This document shows, one piece after another, positions 11,501 through 21,350 of a DNA stretch of 64,000 nt (its first letter is position 1; each line of letters opens with the position of its first letter). The stretch comes from Microbotryum violaceum (lineage: Eukaryota). The translations under genes were made by a program, and so were the position numbers. The DNA lies in NCBI GenBank assembly GCA_001244265.2, contig CDLV01000009.1:744001-808000 (forward strand), given 5' to 3'. The notes under the pieces are model-generated. The model was given only the letters and a program-made list of their open reading frames with translations. It had not been told where the DNA came from and did not search any database.

Positions 11501-12741
11501 AGCCCACCTTGTTAAAAGGATCCTCCGGAGATAATTCAGAGGACCAAAAGAGAATGAGCGCTTTGGACATGTCATAGATACCAAAAGGATCTACCCTCCA
11601 GTAGGTGTCGAGATATTCGATCGTGCGAAAGGTGAATGCGGTGATGCCTTCTCTTTTTCGGATTGAAGATGACGACGTCGGGAGAAGACCGTGAGCTGCC
11701 AGGGTTTGGATCTCGGGATAGCATGGGCAGTATCGTAGTTCTCGCATGCCTGCTCATGGTTGGGGGTATCAAATCAGTCCAAGACGATAGCGTAGGGGTG
11801 ATTGACAAAAGATGTGCAGCAGAAGCACCTACCTGCAAGAAACAGGTCGACAACCCGGACCTTTCTGGTGACTCGGCGTTCATGACATGCGTCGCACCAC
11901 CCCTCGTCGTCTGGGGAAGGGACAAACCCGCTCTGTCGAAGCACTTCTTTGGCCTTTTTCTTCAGCAATAGGTACGCCTGGAGAAGTTCAGCTCGTTTTG
12001 ACGCCCTAGTTTTAGCTTCGGCCCTCGCATTCCGGCGACGATTGCGCTGCTTCTTGGCGTTCCTCTCGATCTGCGATCGCTTAAGGGAAGAGGGCGCTTG
12101 GTCTTGAGAAGCACCGTCTGGGTGGAATGGCGAATGCTCCGGTCCAGATGAGTATCCACCGCCGAAATCGCGACCGAAGTCGTAGTCGGGCTCAAAGTCG
12201 GGCGCGCTGTTAGGCTTGAAATTGTGCTCGAAGCCGCCGGTCTCGGTGTCTAGAGGCCACGCCGTTGCGCCATCGGCAATGTCAGTCCAAGGCTCGGACG
12301 ATGATTTGTGGAGGCCGGCAATGAATTTCTCCGAATGCTCCTTCCGACGACGCGTTGACCTCTGGACTGATGGTGATGTGGGAGGGCTCGGCTGACGTTT
12401 CGGACGCCTCTTCGTTGGAGAGCGGAAAATACCGAAATTGAAGCCGAACGTCTTGTCGAACAGCTCGCTATCCGGGGACAACGATGGCTCCCTTTTCCGT
12501 ACTCGCTTGGTCCATAATTTCCTCTTCTTATTCTTCGTCTTCGCCTCCTCCTCCGTTCCGACCGACGTCGTGGCCCCATTCTCGCACGTGTCCTTGTTGC
12601 TGCTGGTCACCTTCTTCTTCCTCCTCCTCACGGTCGTGCTCTTCTTGCGCTTGGTCTTGTCAGGCGTTTTCCCTTCTCTGTTCCGACTGGCGATGCTGAG
12701 CGAGGTTGTAGAGGTGGTGGTGTGTGTGGTAGGATGTCCAT
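8575..12741 (-). pseudogene. CxC1-KDZ (Kyakuja) transposase, multi-exon, disrupted
   Basis: CxC1 (WCDAC...VRVVDL...YCPC...LAAHGLLP...TAFTF), CPACFG, VDGNFQHRR, DTGLVAAVCRHD, GEK, YDIAC, MHAYAHKWSCQ, GLTDAEGAERLWS. In-frame TAG at 10680-10678 and a probable 1-nt frameshift just after the ATG at 12741. Confidence 0.88.
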
Positions 12742-12869
12742 GCTTGAAGCGGTGGGTGCGAGCCTGCAAGGCCTTGGTTGGAGGGAAGTGGGGGGAACTC
12801 GTGGTGCTGAGGCAGATGGACCATGAGCGGGGATAAGTAGCAAGTGCCCGGATTAGTGACCACTTTTGC

Positions 12870-13011
12870 CTCCGGGGGCTGGGGGTTGGCAGGGCAATGG
12901 TGCACCTCGCCCTCACCAACGTTTTCCTGGGCCAAATCTTCAAAAAGCTCCCTAAACTGCCCGCGCGCGGGGTAGTATATTTGTTAGGCTTATTTTGACC
13001 CGCATAGGTGG
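12870..13011 (-). repeat. Right terminal inverted repeat of the KDZ element
   Basis: Imperfect reverse complement of 1443-1585. Ends ...GACCCGCATAGGTGG, directly followed by the TSD CAAGTCT. Confidence 0.8.
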
Positions 13012-13130
13012 CAAGTCTCCGCCTGTCTCCGCTTCTCGTTCACCGGCGCTTGCTTCTTGCCAGCTCATTCGCCGCCCCGTCCCATCAGCCCCACTCCGCA
13101 GCTCTCTACACCTCCATCCCCTCTCGAGAC

Positions 13131-13366
13131 ATGGCTCTCCCCAACCTACGCAACATAGTGAGCATCGTACAGATTGAAATACTGACCCCTTTTCTCGCCC
13201 CAACTCACCCAATCCCCTGCCTCAAACTCTTCAGTTCGCCTCCTTCCGAACCGCGCACGAAGAACGACAATACTCCCAGGCCGCTTTTTATAAATTCGTT
13301 GGCTTCGTACTTGTTTCACTTGGGATGAGCTTGGTCGCTCATAAAGGGAGGAGGGCAATCAGATGA
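13131..13366 (+). CDS. 52-aa single-pass membrane microprotein, 2 exons (13131-13157, 13235-13366)
   Basis: MALPNLRNI|FASFRTAHEERQYSQAAFYKFVGFVLVSLGMSLVAHKGRRAIR*. The 77-nt phase-0 intron has a GTGAGC donor, CTGAC and a CAG acceptor. C-terminal hydrophobic helix followed by a basic tail. Confidence 0.7.
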
Positions 13367-13399
13367 GCCCCCACGGGAACGGATCGGACTCGATCAATC

Positions 13400-14620
13400 C
13401 TCACGAGGGCACGAGCCGACGACTGAGGTGTTCTCTTGGGGTGTAAGAAGCCCCGGGGGGAGCTCTTGAAAACCATACAAAAAGTAAGTCTGCTCTATCA
13501 TACCTTGCTTCGTTCCCACCGACCACCAAAACAATCATGATGATCTCCAATTCAGCAAAAGGTAGACCCCCCCTCTTTGGGAGGTCAAACAAAAGTGCCG
13601 AAACACCATACCCCTCCAGCCTTATCCTCGTCTATCTCGAAACGATCCCTCGACTTGCTCTAACCCCCTGACGGACCGATCCAGTCGACCTCGAACGCAA
13701 TGACTAGAAAAGAGCAGGATCTTCGGAGGAAGAGTAACCCGATGCTCTTTCGTTTTGGAAGAGTACCGTGCGTTTCTTTTCTTACGACGACCTCCGCTTC
13801 TCTATCAAATTTCGGTTCAACCGGCTCCTGGCTTTATTCGTGGGTGCGAGTCGATTCGTTTTTTTGAGATTCATGAACATCGGGTCGTGTGAGGGTGTCG
13901 GTTCATGTCGACTTTTTCAAAAAAGGCCAGAACTGAATTATGTACTCCGGAGGCGGACTTGGCTCTCTCGCTTCTTTGTGTGTTCGTTTCGGGAATAAAA
14001 CGAAAGCTGATCCTGTTGATTTTTCGGAACTTCCGGCACTATGCTTTGAACGACGCAAAGGATCGATCCTTCAAAGACGAGGTTGAAGGGACGCCCGCCG
14101 CACCCGCCGCTCAAGCTTCCTTTCTTCGGCGGGGGTAGGAGGAAAACCCCGACACTGCCCAAGTCAAGGTCGATCAACCCAAGACGCATGATTCGCAGGC
14201 GCCTACACTGGGCCAGTTTGATTTCGAGTGAGAACTGCAAAGGGTTTTTCTGGCAGCAATTTCGACCCTTGCTGGATGATAGCGTTGGTCAGTACTTTTG
14301 GCTAGGATTGACGAACTCGTGTTCTCAAAAGATCTTGCACCCAGCAACTTGAAAGCTACCCCAAGTTTCAATTTGGTGATTCGCGATCTTTTGGCCCGCG
14401 GAGACTAGAACATGAACTTCAGTTCACCGTCGAGAGCGAAAGCAATGGTGGGTTTTGACGGTGAACTCGAATGGTAGTGCAAGAACCCTTCGAAACCCAA
14501 TTCGTCCACCTTGACGAAAAAAGGCATGATCAACACTGTCCGGGGAAGGGCCGAATTGCCACTGCAGTAGGAAACAATGGCCGTTTTACTCGGCAACGGG
14601 CCAATTTGGGATTCAGTTTC
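13400..14620 (+). pseudogene. Possible decayed multi-exon gene relic
   Basis: Intron-like segments (gtaagt near 13484, gtcagt...aag near 14288-14331) and protein-like stretches broken by stops and frameshifts. No recognisable family. Confidence 0.25.
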
Positions 14621-14788
14621 AGTTTCAGTATCATGTCAAAGATTAATTACGGATTGGGTCTTTGCGAGAGGAGGAAAGGGTTGTAATATCTGTCCCGAGT
14701 CCTCTTTTTCTCAGCACTCCTATCTGCCAACCCTTTGCCTCTTCACCACCACCACCACCGCAAATTATTTTTCTGTCCCGAGTTGGGA

Positions 14789-16212
14789 TCAAACGTTGAC
14801 ATTCGGCTTCTCGTCCGGTGCATTCGTCGTCGTCGTCTTCGCAGTAGGATCGGCAATGGTCATCGTCGTCGTCACCGCCGGAGCGCCGACCAAAGTGGTC
14901 GCGACGACCGTTGGGCATTCCCTCGCGATATGTCCCTCCACACCACAAGCATAACACGTCTTGGGTGGACGAGGCGCACCCATCCCCATCACTCCAACCC
15001 CCTTGACACCTCCCCCGATCGCTCCATTCTGTTGAGGAGGTGCGGTACAGAATTTGGCTAGATGGTTCGGTTGACCGCAATTGTAACAAATCGATCCGGG
15101 GCGACCGACGAAACCGACGTGATTATTCAATCCTCCTCGACTACCACCGAAAGGTTGGAATCCACCTCGGAAACCGCCTCGGAATCCACCTCGGAATTCA
15201 CCTCGGAATCCACCGCGCGGTACGAATCCGTTACGTTGGACGGCGTTGGGCGGCGGTGCATTGGGGTGCGAAGGGACGGCACCACCTTCGGCGTTGGGGC
15301 ACGATCGGGCGATGTGGCCGAATTGACCGCACGAGTAGCACTTTTGACCACCGATCGAGGCGCTGCGCGAAGGGAGGAGAAGAGAGTAAGTGATGGGGAG
15401 ATCGTTCGCACCGAGATGAGAGGTGGGGGGACGCCGAGACTGACTTTTGGCGCAAGGTGGGACACTCTGAAGCCAAGTGACCAATTCCACTGTGCGACGA
15501 TAAAAGGTCTGCATCAGACTTGGTCACTCGATTGATAACCCTCCAGCCGAGCACACACACCTGCATCCATAGCACTGCTTGCTGTCGTTGGAACGGGGCT
15601 CGGGGCAGACGTTGGACTCGTGGTCAGGGCTCTTGCAGTTGTAGCTGGGAGGGGGAGGCGAATAAAAATGAGGTTAGCTTGATCTGATGGCAAGTTGATA
15701 TGGGACATGGACTCCAGGACCAGTTCGTGCTGCCGGCCGCGACAACTCGGACTTTCGAAAGTGAGAGAGTGTTATGAACACTTACCACAAGCGAGTGGGG
15801 CTACTGCAGTTCTCGGCGATGTCTGTGGAAAGTCGATACATAGATAAGTGTTTGCCCATTTCGCTGATGAACGTGGGTGATTACGGAGCCTTACGGGACA
15901 AGGAACCACACTTGAAGCAGCCTTTGCGAGAGAGAGGGATCGACCTGGGGTGGGAGGCGAGGCGAGGGGGAGGGGTGTCAGTTGCGGGGATCTTCAGAGA
16001 GGGGGACCAAAGGGATTTAGTGATGTCGCTGTAATGATGGGCTCGTTCCAGGTCGAGTGTGCTCCGGTGGTGAGGTCGTCGCTCGTCAAGGCCGAGGTGG
16101 GACGAGCCGAGGAGGTTGCCCGAGGTGGATCATCGCCGAAGCACGAACCCAAGGCAGCGCGAGACGATCGAACCTCGAAACAAGTTCACCGAGGAGAATG
16201 ATCGGCTCACAT
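14789..16212 (-). CDS. GIS2: CCHC zinc-knuckle / RGG RNA-binding protein (Gis2/CNBP family)
   Basis: Spliced MSIPLSRKGCFKCGSLSHIAENC...CYNCKSPDHESNVCP...CYGC..GHLASECP...CYSCGQFGHIARSCP, an RGGF repeat tract and two further CCHC knuckles. Start codon inferred to be split by an intron (AT|G). Confidence 0.85.
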
Positions 16213-16922
16213 GTTGACCCAGCGCGGGTGCTTACGGTCCGGGTTCTGGTGTAAAGATGCGGGGGTGGTCGGTTGAGCGCGAAGACGAGATCTTGGATGC
16301 GCGAGGAGGCGAGATCGAGCTCGTCGTCTGCTAGTCTGCTAGTCTGCTAGTCTGCTGCTGCTACTGATTCTACTTTCTGCTTCTGTTCTTCTCTCTTGCC
16401 GTCCTGCTACTCTTCCTTCGACCCTTTAAAGCGTGGAAAGGGGTGCAAAAGAAGGGGTCCGAAGGTGTGAGATGAAAGGGGGAAAAAAAAAAAAGAGGTG
16501 GCGGAAGGGAGAGAGGGGCGAAAAGGAGAGGAATGAATGCCTGCCCGCCCGCATCGCCGGGAAAGACGTCAGAGAAGCCGAGGCGCGCGCGCGGGGAATG
16601 AGAATCCGAATTCCAGCTAATAGTCTGGACCCATCGAATTACTGATTTCCAATTCGGATGCAAGCGCATCAGCCGGCCGGGGGTGAAACTTTGGATCGTC
16701 ATGCTCATTGATTGGAGGCAGAGCAAAGGGCTCGAGTAAAGTCTGAAGAAATACTGATTTTAGAAAAGGGCGCCAAACTTGAAATAGAGAGAGAAAATGA
16801 TCGCGCTACAAAACGAGAGAGAGAGAGACGCCCGCTATCAGCATCAGCAGCGGTCTCTTGACCCCCCACCACCCAAACGGCCCGGCATAAGTCGGCGACG
16901 CCAAGCTCTCGAATCAATCAAC

Positions 16923-17942
16923 ATGTCGAGCGGATTAGAGAGTCAGTACGCCTTTCAACGCTTTCGAGGTGGTGTCTGTTGACTGACCTTGCTTTATCGA
17001 CTGCACAGAGTCCTTGTTCCAACTCAAGGTCAGCCTCCTGGCCCCCCCCCACTCCACGACAATCGTATGGACGATTCCACCCTCCCGGCCCAACACTGAC
17101 TGGAGCTCTCAATCACCTGCACAGTTTACGACCAAACAACTTCAAAAACAATCGCGTAAAGCAGCCAAGGATGAGACCGCGGAGAAGGCCAAACTGAAAA
17201 AGGTACGTCGATCCGAATGATAGAAGATTCACATCCCCGATCTAATGATCCAAGCTTAATCCTTTCGCTTCCGTTTCACGCATCAGGCTCTACAACAAGG
17301 CAACACGGAAGGAGCTCGGATCTATGCGTCGAACGCGATCCGTAAGAAGAACGAGGCGTTGAATTTGCTAAGGTTGAGCTCGAGGATCGATGCCGTTAGT
17401 TCGAGGGTCGAGACCGCCGTGACGATGCGTCAGGTCAGTACGGGGCGAGGGCGAGGGCGATCGATGGGGATGTGCGAGTCGAAGAACTGATCGATTGGGT
17501 TTATCAGGTTACGGGTTCCATGACGGCTGTGGTGAAGAACATGGATCGCGCGATGCAGGACATGAACCTCGAGAGGGTACGTTTCCGTTTCGACCCCGGT
17601 CGCTCTTTCATCCCCACTTCTCTTCGCTAACTCTAACCTGAATAGATCTCGATGGTGATGGACAAGTTTGAAACCCAATTCGAAGACCTCGACGTCCAAA
17701 CCGGATATCTCGAAGGCACCTTGTCCTCCGATACGGCGATCTCGGCCCCGACGGACCAAATCGACTTACTGATGGCCCAAGTCGCGGACGAAGCAGGGTT
17801 GGAGGTGCAGCATGAGTTGGGGCAGAGCGAGTTGGGGAACAAGATGCCCGAGTTGACGACGCCGGTCGCGACCGAACAACAGGAGGATGCGTTGGCGGCG
17901 AGGTTGAGGGCGCTTAGACCGGCTGCGGCGACGAGTATGTAA
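16923..17942 (+). CDS. DID2: ESCRT-III-associated Snf7-family protein Did2/Vps46 (CHMP1)
   Basis: [30 protein letters not shown]...[28 protein letters not shown]...[14 protein letters not shown]...[12 protein letters not shown] across GT-AG introns. Confidence 0.93.
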
Positions 17943-17981
17943 GGTGGCTGAGGGTGCATAGGTGTTTTCTTGTAATACTTT

Positions 17982-17983
<2 letters not shown>

Positions 17984-18045
<62 letters not shown>
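17984..18045. repeat. (CT)n microsatellite
   Basis: About 31 uninterrupted CT units downstream of DID2. Confidence 0.95.
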
Positions 18046-18050
<5 letters not shown>

Positions 18051-18253
18051 GCCCTAAAAGCGCCGACACCGGGCAAAGATCTTCTTGAAGCGCGAGTTCT
18101 CCTCTGCCAGAAGGCTAGTCCTGTCCACAAACGGCGAGATGAGATGAGGTGGGTTGATTGGAGTTGATTCATGAATCAGGAAAAAAGGTCATAGGTGGTC
18201 GTACACGTCAAAAGACTCGAAGGGTGGTCATCAGTTTCAGTTGAGCCAAGAAT

Positions 18254-18700
18254 TTATGCCAGAGGCGAGATCAACCTGGGTCGGGTTCGTACGCCGTACG
18301 CGACGTTCAGCGGCGAGATTCAAAAAAGAAACCAAGAGGCCCATGCAAAAGACGGTTGGCTTACTTGATAAGGTTCGGTCTCGGGGTCGAGTTGGTGTAG
18401 CCGACCCAAAGGATCAACGGAATCCAACCATAGTGAGCGACCGTCTGAGGGGGGGTTAGGGTGTGGAGAGGGTCAGTGGTGGGTGGTTTGGGTAGGTGAG
18501 GTAAGGAGAAGGAGGTACCTTGGCGTATTCGACCGTTCGGACGATGATATCCTGGGTAGTGTGGCCAGATGGTGGGTGTGGCGCGCAACCGAGCAGCAAG
18601 CAGCAGCAGAGACCATGTCGGATGGTGTGTCAGCAGTCAAGTCAGAATGGGAAAAGTCCTGGGGGACGATGCGACGGACCTTGGTATCCTCGGAAAGCAT
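18254..18700 (-). CDS. TOM7: Mitochondrial outer-membrane translocase subunit Tom7, 4 exons
   Basis: MLSEDTK|DIIVRTVEYAK|TVAHYGWIPLILWVGYTNSTPRPNLIK|LISPLA*. HYGWIPLIL..GY...P..L.SPL is the Tom7 signature. Confidence 0.92.
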
Positions 18701-18931
18701 CGTGTACGAGTTTGGGGGGTGTATGTGGTCCAGGTCAGAGCCGCGAATCTGCGGCGAGCTTGTCAGGACCTCTGGCTGTCAGGCATGTCAGGAGCGCCTC
18801 GCAGCCGGCTGCACGCTCAAATTCGATGGGATTCTAATTCAGAAAGCTCCGGTTCGATTCGCGGCGCTTCGACTGTCCGTGCTGATGCGCTTTCCTCTCA
18901 CACCCTACCCTACACACCCATTCGACCCCTC

Positions 18932-21079
18932 ATGTTGAGCCCGACGGCGTCGCTGTCGCTCCAACTCTTGTCGAGGAGGACAGCGCTGTATGCGTATGCG
19001 TCCAATGCTGCCTCCACCACCCCCGCCGCCGCAGTCGGACCCGCGATGACGCGCACTACCCGCAACGCGGCCGGCCTACTCTCTGCTTCGTCCTTCGCTG
19101 CACGTCACCGAGCTTATGCGACCCAGCAGAGTGGAAACCAAGCAGCTCCAGCCGGGGAGAACACGCCCATTGCGGATACCACGCCTGCCACAGCGACGGA
19201 GGCCCCTTCGCAGCCAGCCGGCTCACCAGCACCCACCTCCACCTCCACCTCCACTGCCACTGCCACTGCCACTCCTAGCGATCCAACCCCCGCACCTTCT
19301 GCCACAACACCCTCCGCATTGGACCCTATCTTAAGTACCTCCCCTACCCCACCCGCCGCCGAGGCACCCCTCTCTACCTCCTCAACCTCCCCCTCCTCTT
19401 CCGAATCCGCCCTCTCCCGCTCGAGTTCCCTCGCCGAATCCTACCTCGACTACACCGAAGTCGTCGCGAACCCTACCCAAACCCGAGGTTCGACCTTCCC
19501 CGGCGATACCACCAAAGCCAAAGCCAAAGGATCGGGCACCAAATCCTCGATCGAACAGAAACGAGCGAATCTCACCCGATTCTTCATCGGAGCCGGCCTC
19601 CTTTCCCTCGGCTACGGCGCTTGGTCCTTGGGCAAACCCTGGGAGAACGAAGCAGAGAGGCTAAAGTTGTGTGGTAGGAGCGAGGACCAGGATGCGATCA
19701 AGGGCGCAGAGTTGGGTGGCTTCCAGGGTTGGGTCGCGAGGACCAAGTTGAGGGGGTTCGACATCCTCGATGTGAGTGTCGATCTCGACCGCTCGCCACC
19801 ACCTCCTCCTCGAGCAGAACCTTACTTTCTGTTCGTCCCCCCCCCGCATACAGTACTACAACAAACCGGCTTGGGACCCTCTCTTGCCAAGGCCCCTGCC
19901 CGAACCCCATTACCGACCCTATACGCTCGTCATCGACCTCGACGACATGCTCATTCACCCGATATGGGATGTCAGTCAACCCCTCGAGAAGCGAAAAAAA
20001 AAAAAAAATAAAATAAAATAAAAAATCTCACACCATGCCAACTGATTTTCCCTGTCTTTTTCCTTTCTCTAGACCAAACATGGTTGGAGGACGGCCAAAC
20101 GTCCCGGCGTCGACTACTTTCTCGCTTATCTCTCCCAGTTTTACGAGATCGTGCTCTTCACCTCTCAGCCTTCCTATGTACGCCGTACGCGCCGGCATAC
20201 GGTCAAACCCGATCACGAGCTGACTCTTTGTCTTGGTGATGTAGACTGCGGCGCCCATCGTTGAACAGCTCGACCCTTATGGCGCTTACATCCCTTGGAA
20301 GCTCTACAAAGAGTCGCTGAGGTTCAAGAATGGCACCTACATCAAGGTGCGTTCTTGATGCGATGAATCCTCTCCAGCAACTTGTGCTTACACGCCCATC
20401 ATCTTATAAACAGGATCTCTCTTACCTCGACCGACCGCTTGAACGTACCATCATCCTCGACACCGACCCCACTTACACCCAACTCCAACCGACGAACGCG
20501 ATCCATCTCACACCGTGGAAAGGGACGCGCGGGGACCCGACCTCGAAAGAACTCGTCGCTCTGATCCCGTTCCTCGAAGCTTTGGCGGTCAGGAGAGTGC
20601 AGGACGTTCGACCGGTCATTCAACACTACGAGGGGAAACATATCCCGACGGCCTATGCCGAGGTCGAGGCGAAGATGAAGAAGGAGCTCGTGGACAAGTG
20701 GGAGAGGGAGAGGCAGGCGATGGGTCAGGGGTGGGGGAGGTGGGTGAGGGAGGCATTTGCGGGAATCGCAAAGGTTCGTCATATCGCGAAAACATACCGT
20801 GTTGGGTGTGATGATTCACAACTGATCCTTCAACCCCGCGACCTACAGAAACCCTCGGACCAACCCCCCGAATTGGACATTGAGAAACAACGCCGCATTT
20901 CGCAAAAATTGTACGAGGAGGAACAAAAGTATTGGAAAGACAACGAGGCGTTGATCAAGAAGCAGATTGAGGAGGACAAGGAACGGCAGTTGAAGGAGAT
21001 GAAGGGGAGCTTGTTGACGTTTATGGGAATCGCGCCACCGCCGGGACAACAGGCGCCGGAAGCGCAGGCGGGAAGATAA
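18932..21079 (+). CDS. TIM50: TIM23 complex subunit Tim50
   Basis: Arg/Ser/Ala-rich presequence, TM segment ([15 protein letters not shown]), [68 protein letters not shown] (FCP1-like domain). Confidence 0.93.
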
Positions 21080-21350
21080 GGGTTGAATGAGGCATTGTCT
21101 GTGTGTGTGTTTCCAATTTGTCGCATCATGTTCAACAATGACGGCCTTGGGCAAATAACTTTTTGATGTGTAATCACCAGAATCCCCCATCACATGAACC
21201 TATCCGACACAGGTGTTCGCGGAATATCCTGAACCCAGCTTCGTTACACAGAAAAAAAAAATCAAAAGCCAATGAGAGAGGCCTTGCAGAGAGGAGACAT
21301 GAGCCACATAAAGGAAGAGAGGAAGACAGGAAAGAGAAAGGGTGGCGGTC

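Larger units (their letters stand above)
1443..13011 (-). mobile_element. Kyakuja-type KDZ (Kyakuja-Dileera-Zisupton) DNA transposon, full length, with TIRs and TSD
   Basis: Contains a CxC1+KDZ transposase. Imperfect inverted termini at ~1443-1585 and ~12870-13011. Direct repeat CAAGTCT at 1436-1442 and 13012-13018. Confidence 0.85.

Noticed and set aside
12742-12943. N-terminal part of the 389-aa transposase ORF in the track
   Set aside because: It starts at a non-ATG codon and runs through the right TIR, so it is unlikely to be translated.
15946-16210. Intronic snoRNA in the long GIS2 or RPL1 introns
   Set aside because: No convincing box C/D or H/ACA arrangement on the sense strand by eye. 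An Infernal/snoscan search would be needed.
18569-18931. N-terminal extension of the TIM50 ORF in the track
   Set aside because: It starts at a non-ATG codon and overlaps TOM7 and the promoter. The presequence begins at ATG 18932.
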